Positions 6,358-11,007 of a stretch of 11,007 nucleotides of DNA are shown in pieces. The DNA is taken from the IMG/VR virus record IMGVR_UViG_3300029577_000220, positions 1 to 11,007 of that record. One strand, 5' to 3'. The stretch is from a virus. Lineage: Duplodnaviria > Heunggongvirae > Uroviricota > Caudoviricetes. The translations under genes and the position numbers were made by a program. Each line of letters begins with the position of its first letter. Position 1 is the stretch's first letter. Below the pieces are notes generated by a model that ran no database searches, was not told where the DNA came from, and saw only the letters and a list, made by a program, of their open reading frames with translations.

Positions 6358-6569
6358 CAGTGCGCCCCCGCCTCAGTCAATTGCTGCAACAACAAATAAC
6401 CTTTTTCAGTCAGTTGATAGTTCTCAATACATCCCTTTGGAGAAACGTTGGCGACAAGATTCATGCGCTCCAGTTTGGCTCTGGTCTTCGGCTTCCAGTT
6501 GGCGTAGAACTCCTTCCACTTGCTGATTTCACGCAGGGTTTCCTTCTCTCGTTTACTTAACATGCTCAT
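6357..6569 (-). CDS. Hypothetical small soluble protein (70 aa), Lys/Glu-rich, possibly DNA-binding.
   Basis: ORF with ATG 6567-6569; embedded in the overlapping gene chain downstream of the ligase. Confidence 0.45.
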   Translation of the reverse strand: MSMLSKREKETLREISKWKEFYANWKPKTRAKLERMNLVANVSPKGCIENYQLTEKGYLLLQQLTEAGAH

Positions 6570-6729
6570 CCTTAATCTCCTTCAGTGTGTCCGTGATATC
6601 TACTATGCGATAAATACGACCTCGCCTTTGCATGACACCGGCTTTTACGTAATCGTGGATACAGCTGGACATAACCAGACTTCCGATAACAATGCCGACG
6701 ACTAAAAATACAAACATCCAGCCGAGCAT
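6553..6729 (-). CDS. Hypothetical 58-aa protein with an N-terminal transmembrane helix (MLGWMFVFLVVGIVIGSLVM...); not in the supplied ORF track.
   Basis: Hand translation: ATG at 6727-6729 shares one base with the ligase stop codon (TGATG); TAA at 6553-6555 lies inside the start of the next gene. Confidence 0.3.
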   Translation of the reverse strand: MLGWMFVFLVVGIVIGSLVMSSCIHDYVKAGVMQRRGRIYRIVDITDTLKEIKDEHVK

Positions 6730-8051
6730 CATTCTTTATCTCCAATACGATCTTCGGTATCTCGAAGACATTTAGGCCACTTCAGACGTGGATGACGCAA
6801 GCTACCATCTGGCGTTTTCTCATGGCAGTGAACCTCAACGATGCGTCCACGATACTTCTCCTGATTGTTCCAGATTTCATCCAGGTATTTATGCTTGATA
6901 CCGCTGGCACGAACGATGACGCCGTTCTCCAGACGAATCACTATCTTGCCTAGCGTATGCGCAAATCCAGAATCCGGATCGCCAGGCTCGAAGTCGATGA
7001 TTTCACCGTCTTCTGAATCCTCGTCTTTCAGCTTCCACCAGCTGCGGGTACGTTTGAACTCGTAAACTGAATCCGGATCTTTGCCCATCTCTCCCTCTTC
7101 ATTCTCGTCCAGTCGCTTCATGAAACGTTCGATGAAATCTTCGTGGCTATGGATGATGTAGAACGGATGAAGGTGGATATCTTGCGCATAATCTTCCACG
7201 CAAGTGTTGCGGAACAACGCCACCAGCATAGCCAGGCGCTCTTTCAGCTTCATACCGGTCTTCAGGTACTCTTTGCTTTTTGCTTGAGCACGCCACTCCG
7301 GTAAGAAGAAATCGAAAATGTGGTAAACGGCACCAATGGCTTTCACGTTCTTCTTACGAAGCGCCGACACTGACTGGTTGAATGTACCTGCAGTGCCCTC
7401 TCCATCGAAGAAGATGTGATTGAAGCCGGAGAGTCTGCCCCGCTCCAGCATGGCTGGTTTAAGGTGATCGAGTGACGTAATCGGATTGCCGGTGCGCGTC
7501 AGGAAATTGACCTCACCCTCGTCCACGATGACTTCGCAGATAACCCGGAGACCATCGAGTTTGAGACTGCCGATCATTGGCCACTTGGCCTTTGGATTTG
7601 GTTTAAATGGGTATTTGTCGCCTTTCTCCTTGTACGGAGACGCCAGCTGTACCTCAAACTTCGGAATTGGGTTTTCGAACACCTTGTTGCACAGGCTGAT
7701 GCCGACACCGGCTTTCGGATCTTTCAGCAGGAAGCGACGAAACACGTCCTGCCCGTCAGCGCACATCGAGGCAACGAGTGATTCGACAGCAGCAATAGCG
7801 ATGTTCCCGGTCAGTTCGCGCGCTGCCAGCTTCTCCAGCAGATCTACTACCTTCTGGTCGCTGGGTACGGAAGTATCGAGTGGCTCGGCCACTTTGTACT
7901 TCTTCACACCGAATCGAATGAATGGATTGAGCATTAGCGAGACCATGCTCTGTTCAAATTCATCCAGATTGGCCAGCGCCTCTTTCTTGGCGTTGGTTCC
8001 CATCGTTTTAATAGCATCCAGCTTGTGCTTTAGGGCGATCAGTTTTTCCAT
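6729..8051 (-). CDS. ATP-dependent DNA ligase, T7-like (phage-type), 440 aa, with an ~80-aa N-terminal extension.
   Basis: Nucleotidyltransferase motif I KLDGLR; motif III FFDGEG; motifs IV-V EGEMGKDPDSVYEFKRTRSWWKLK (compare T7 ligase EGLIIKDP...SGWWKMK from memory); C-terminal motif VI TPDGSLRHPRL...RD. GGAGG Shine-Dalgarno 9 nt upstream of the ATG at 8051. Confidence 0.9.
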   Translation of the reverse strand: MEKLIALKHKLDAIKTMGTNAKKEALANLDEFEQSMVSLMLNPFIRFGVKKYKVAEPLDTSVPSDQKVVDLLEKLAARELTGNIAIAAVESLVASMCADGQDVFRRFLLKDPKAGVGISLCNKVFENPIPKFEVQLASPYKEKGDKYPFKPNPKAKWPMIGSLKLDGLRVICEVIVDEGEVNFLTRTGNPITSLDHLKPAMLERGRLSGFNHIFFDGEGTAGTFNQSVSALRKKNVKAIGAVYHIFDFFLPEWRAQAKSKEYLKTGMKLKERLAMLVALFRNTCVEDYAQDIHLHPFYIIHSHEDFIERFMKRLDENEEGEMGKDPDSVYEFKRTRSWWKLKDEDSEDGEIIDFEPGDPDSGFAHTLGKIVIRLENGVIVRASGIKHKYLDEIWNNQEKYRGRIVEVHCHEKTPDGSLRHPRLKWPKCLRDTEDRIGDKE

Positions 8052-8085
8052 TAGTGTTTAACCTCCATCGGTCGCTCGGGAGTTT

Positions 8086-8574
8086 TCATGTGTTTTCTTT
8101 GGTTGCTTCTTCAATGAGTGCCGCGTACACGTCAGTGACCGGCGCCAGTGAATCGGTGGGCTTGGTTTCGGATTTAGCAGGTTCTGTTTTCTTCGTGCGA
8201 TGAATAAGACTGTCAATTGTCGCGGTGTTTCGCTTCCGGGGGAGCGTTCTGGCATGGTCGTTTTGCTCTTCCACTTCTTTGATAAGTGAAGACATATCGA
8301 TGAAGTAGAGCTGTTCGTCTTTGCGGATCTCTTCGACCATCATTTTCAGTGCCTGACATTTACCAGCAGCAATAGCCGCAGCGCAGGACTGGAACGATGT
8401 AGCCGGGAGACGTTTTTCTTTATAGGCGAGGATCGTGTGTTGGCAGACTGTATAGCTGCAATGAGCCTCATGGCCGTTGAGCTTCACTTCCGGGCAGCGC
8501 AGCGAATAACCGTTGTTTCCGGAGATAGACGGGATTTTCGACAAATCTGTTCTTGTGGACATGCTTCTAACCAT
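8086..8574 (-). CDS. Hypothetical Cys/His-rich protein (162 aa), putative zinc-binding, immediately upstream of and co-oriented with the DNA ligase.
   Basis: ORF with ATG 8572-8574; segment CPEVKLNGHEAHCSYTVCQHT plus CAAAIAAGKC; 34-bp gap to the ligase start. Confidence 0.55.
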   Translation of the reverse strand: MVRSMSTRTDLSKIPSISGNNGYSLRCPEVKLNGHEAHCSYTVCQHTILAYKEKRLPATSFQSCAAAIAAGKCQALKMMVEEIRKDEQLYFIDMSSLIKEVEEQNDHARTLPRKRNTATIDSLIHRTKKTEPAKSETKPTDSLAPVTDVYAALIEEATKENT

Positions 8575-8599
8575 AATCTTGTACTTACTTATTAATCGC

Positions 8600-8627
8600 A
8601 GTTTAAAGAAGCCCCACGAGGGGGCTA
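8600..8627 (-). terminator. Candidate rho-independent terminator after the IS-interrupted gene (minus-strand AGCCCC-CUCGU-GGGGCU followed by a U-rich tail).
   Basis: Plus strand 8610-8626 agccccacgagggggct; the A-rich stretch on plus (8601-8609) gives UCUUUAAA on the minus strand. Confidence 0.4.
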
Positions 8628-8643
8628 AATGTTTTATCGAGGC

Positions 8644-9099
8644 TTACCAGGTCGCCCAGCCAGTCATTTTGTCCTGAGCAGCTTCGAACCGGTATGGGTC
8701 CAGTAAATCGTTGGTACGATGAACGGCGTAGGATTTGGCTTCTTGTTTAATCATGGGTAATTCGTTGGCCAGACGAGCCACTTGCCCTGCAAAACTGGCG
8801 AGTACTCCGTCACATGCCTGACCCACGTCGACAATGATGCGCACCAGGTCTAAGTCGCTGCGGCACATATCGCAGATAATGCCGTATTCCACCTCACGAA
8901 TGCGCTCAACGGCTTTTTTGATATCGCCACTGACCACCAATTCCAGCAAACCAGGTGGAGTTGTCAGATCTGTTACGCGCTCGGTAACTTCAGACTGTTC
9001 GACAATACTCAGGAACGCCGCGATGGACGGGTCATCCGCCACACCAGCTCTGACTTTGAGCGTGCGAAGAGTTGCGTCGACAATATCCTCAAACCGTTC
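8644..9099 (-). pseudogene. 3' portion (151 codons) of a ~270-codon gene interrupted by IS629; product unknown.
   Basis: The track ORF 8644..9042 (GTG start) extends in frame, with no stop, up to the IS boundary at 9099 (ERFEDIVDATLRTLKVRAGV ADDPSIAAF...). The frame is continuous with the fragment at 10410..10769 once the IS and one TTC copy are removed. Confidence 0.7.
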
Positions 9100-9153
9100 T
9101 GAACCGCCCCGGAAATCCTGGAGACTAAACTCCCTGAGAAAGAGGTAAACAGG

Positions 9154-9480
9154 ATGACTAAAAATACTCGTTTTTCCCCCGAAGTCCGTCAGCGGGCGAT
9201 TCGTATGGTTCTGGAAAGTCAGGATGAATATGACTCACAGTGGGCGGCAATTTGTTCCATTGCCCCAAAGATTGGCTGTACGCCGGAGACTCTGCGTGTC
9301 TGGGTTCGCCAGCATGAGCGGGATACCGGGGGCGGTGATGGTGGGCTCACCAGCGCTGAACGTCAGCGTCTGAAAGAGCTGGAACGTGAAAATCGTGAAC
9401 TGCGCCGCAGTAACGATATCCTTCGCCAGGCTTCCGCTTATTTTGCGAAGGCGGAGTTCGACCGCCTCTGGAAAAAATGA
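9154..9480 (+). CDS. IS629 transposase OrfA (HTH and leucine-zipper part), 108 aa.
   Basis: [23 protein letters not shown]... is typical of IS629/IS1203-group OrfA; ends ...LWKK* at the A6 run 9472-9477, the expected -1 frameshift window. Confidence 0.9.
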   Translation: MTKNTRFSPEVRQRAIRMVLESQDEYDSQWAAICSIAPKIGCTPETLRVWVRQHERDTGGGDGGLTSAERQRLKELERENRELRRSNDILRQASAYFAKAEFDRLWKK

Positions 9481-10367
9481 TGCCACTGCTGGATAAGCTG
9501 CGTGAGCAGTACGGGGTCGGACCGGTATGCAGCGAACTGCATATTGCCCCGTCAACGTATTACCATTGTCAGCAACAGCGACATCATCCGGATAAACGCA
9601 GTGCCCGTGCGCAGCACGACGACTGGCTGAAGAGAGAGATACAGCGCGTATACGATGAAAATCATCAGGTGTACGGTGTGCGTAAAGTCTGGCGTCAGTT
9701 GTTACGGGAAGGAATCAGGGTGGCCAGATGTACAGTGGCACGTCTCATGGCGGTTATGGGACTTGCCGGTGTTCTCCGGGGTAAAAAGGTCCGTACGACC
9801 ATCAGCCGGAAAGCCGTTGCCGCAGGCGACCGCGTAAACCGTCAGTTCGTGGCAGAACGACCTGACCAGCTGTGGGTGGCTGATTTTACTTACGTCAGCA
9901 CATGGCAGGGCTTCGTCTATGTGGCGTTTATCATTGATGTGTTTGCCGGATACATCGTGGGGTGGCGGGTCTCATCGTCTATGGAAACGACATTCGTGCT
10001 GGATGCGCTGGAGCAGGCGTTGTGGGCCCGTCGTCCGTCTGGCACCATCCATCACAGCGATAAAGGCTCTCAGTATGTGTCACTGGCCTATACGGAGCGA
10101 CTAAAAGAAGCCGGATTACTGGCATCAACAGGGAGTACAGGCGACTCGTATGACAACGCGATGGCTGAGAGCATCAATGGTCTTTACAAAGCGGAGGTAA
10201 TACACCGTAAGAGCTGGAAAAACCGTGCAGAAGTGGAACTGGCCACACTAACGTGGGTGGACTGGTATAACAATCGACGATTGCTGGGAAGGCTGGGCCA
10301 TACTCCTCCGGCAGAAGCAGAAAAAGCTTATTATGCTTCCATCGGAAACGATGATCTGGCAGCCTGA
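9477..10367 (+). CDS. IS629 transposase OrfB (DDE/rve catalytic domain), 296 aa; expressed as an OrfAB fusion by -1 frameshifting.
   Basis: rve-type motifs [58 protein letters not shown]; overlaps orfA by 4 nt in the -1 frame. Confidence 0.9.
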   Translation: MMPLLDKLREQYGVGPVCSELHIAPSTYYHCQQQRHHPDKRSARAQHDDWLKREIQRVYDENHQVYGVRKVWRQLLREGIRVARCTVARLMAVMGLAGVLRGKKVRTTISRKAVAAGDRVNRQFVAERPDQLWVADFTYVSTWQGFVYVAFIIDVFAGYIVGWRVSSSMETTFVLDALEQALWARRPSGTIHHSDKGSQYVSLAYTERLKEAGLLASTGSTGDSYDNAMAESINGLYKAEVIHRKSWKNRAEVELATLTWVDWYNNRRLLGRLGHTPPAEAEKAYYASIGNDDLAA

Positions 10368-10409
10368 GTTCACAGATAAAACACTCTCCAGGAAACCCGG
10401 GGCGGTTCA

Positions 10410-10769
10410 TTCACCTTCATCGCACACAGTCTGATTGGTGTAGACAGTCTGATTAGTGTAGACAATGCGACCGTCGTACCATGCACCGATACTCACTTCG
10501 ACCGTTGCGTCTTTCATCTCGCGAGAGAACGCCACAAGTGCCGCGCGTTTCTGCTTAACACCTGACAACTCCGGGGACTCTCCAAAACGAACCCAGACCT
10601 GCATGTATTTCGAGCCTTCCGAAAGAGGTACGGTGCTCACGGACGTGGCGATATGCTCCAGTGCAGTTTGGATCGCCTCGTCGATAATCTTCTGGCGCTC
10701 TTCTGTATCAATTTCTACGCCGGATTTGTCGATGATGTCGCAGACTAACTTCTGAAATTCTTCTTTCAT
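10410..10769 (-). pseudogene. 5' portion (120 codons) of the IS629-interrupted gene; its promoter and RBS are intact.
   Basis: ATG at 10767-10769 with AGGAG 7 nt upstream; the ORF runs into the IS629 right end, where it meets a stop supplied by the IS terminal TGA (10407-10409). Confidence 0.7.
10428..10463. repeat. 18-bp tandem duplication (AGTCTGATTGGTGTAGAC / AGTCTGATTAGTGTAGAC) inside the interrupted gene, encoding VYTNQT twice.
   Basis: Units 10428-10445 and 10446-10463 differ at one position; in frame. Confidence 0.6.
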
Positions 10770-10809
10770 AGCAACTCCTGACTAACAGATGAAAATATTC
10801 TTTCAGAAA

Positions 10810-10831
10810 AATAAGTAAGTATCTACTTATT
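10810..10831. promoter_or_regulatory. Palindromic site AATAAGTA-AGTATC-TACTTATT in the promoter region of the interrupted gene; same motif family as 5884-5909.
   Basis: 8-bp arms are reverse complements; contains the 11-mer ATAAGTAAGTA; ~40 bp upstream of the start at 10769. Confidence 0.4.
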
Positions 10832-10861
10832 ATATCGGGCACAATAGTCTGCTATACGAAG

Positions 10862-11007
10862 AAGCCAGGCGTAAAAACTACTCGGATGCACATCCAGCAC
10901 CCGACAAAGCAGTCGGACAGGCCAGCAATAGGTGTTGCATTGACAGATTGAATCTACAACGGCTTTTTTTAATATGTCCCGTTCGTCGGTAACCCGCTTC
11001 AGCTCTT
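10862..11007 (-). mobile_element. Fragment of a second, different IS3-family element (OrfA C-terminus to OrfB N-terminus junction region); continues beyond the right window edge; inner boundary uncertain (between ~10833 and ~10865).
   Basis: Minus-strand translation ELKRVTDERDILKKAVVDSICQCNTYCWPVRLLCRVLDVHPSSFYAW shows the OrfA-type ...ILKKA and the OrfB-type LCRVL.V..S.(Y/F).W motif (compare IS3 MCRVLRVARSGWYTW from memory); A7 run at 10964-10970 lies at the expected frameshift window. Not IS629 (sequence differs from the in-window copy). Confidence 0.45.

Larger units (their letters stand above)
9100..10409 (+). mobile_element. IS629 (IS3 family), complete 1310-bp copy with imperfect terminal inverted repeats and a 3-bp TTC target-site duplication.
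   Basis: Left end TGAACCGCCCCGGAAATCCTGGAGA (9100-), right end reverse complement TGAACCGCCCCGGGTTTCCTGGAGA (ending 10409); flanking TTC at 9097-9099 and 10410-12; length 1310 bp matches IS629 as I recall it; orfA/orfB in -1 frame arrangement. Confidence 0.9.

Noticed and set aside
6084-6705. ORFs 6084..6326 (-), 6266..6526 (+), 6348..6560 (+), 6520..6705 (+)
   Set aside because: They overlap the tightly packed minus-strand small-gene chain in other frames; the chain's start-stop overlaps give a more coherent model.
6865-8255. ORFs 6865..7065 (+), 7486..8061 (+), 8058..8255 (-)
   Set aside because: Embedded in or antisense to the DNA ligase and the 162-aa gene; low-complexity translations.
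8834-10755. ORFs 8834..9148 (+), 9235..9555 (-), 9655..9837 (+), 9919..10104 (+), 10174..10410 (-), 10465..10755 (+)
   Set aside because: Embedded in IS629 transposase genes or antisense to the interrupted gene fragments; none adds to the model.

Overview
This window reads as a gene-dense, almost entirely minus-strand-coded segment of a phage-like mobile replicon; my best guess is an enterobacterial phage-plasmid or prophage, which is inference, not a database result. Supported content, left to right: a large ORF that starts at 1505 and runs off the left edge, with a ~200-aa D/E/S-rich acidic linker (CobT-like, tentative); a small divergent ORF and an XRE-type HTH regulator; a P4-type tyrosine recombinase lacking the N-terminal arm-binding domain; a translationally coupled two-gene cassette whose distal gene is a YafO-family toxin; a minus-strand tRNA-Asn(GUU) with a terminator; a ~740-bp non-coding stretch rich in inverted repeats; four overlapping small genes, mostly membrane proteins; a T7-like ATP-dependent DNA ligase; a Cys/His-rich small protein; and a ~270-codon gene split by a complete 1310-bp IS629 copy with a 3-bp TTC target duplication and a reading frame that is continuous across the insertion. 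A second IS3-family transposase fragment enters from the right edge. I found no CRISPR array and no rRNA. The strongest candidate for an undescribed system is the YafO-like toxin paired with a 182-aa partner that is not YafN/RelB-like (3875-4830). Two short motifs recur in separate regulatory regions and deserve a second look. All product calls rest on motif recognition by eye; no searches were run.
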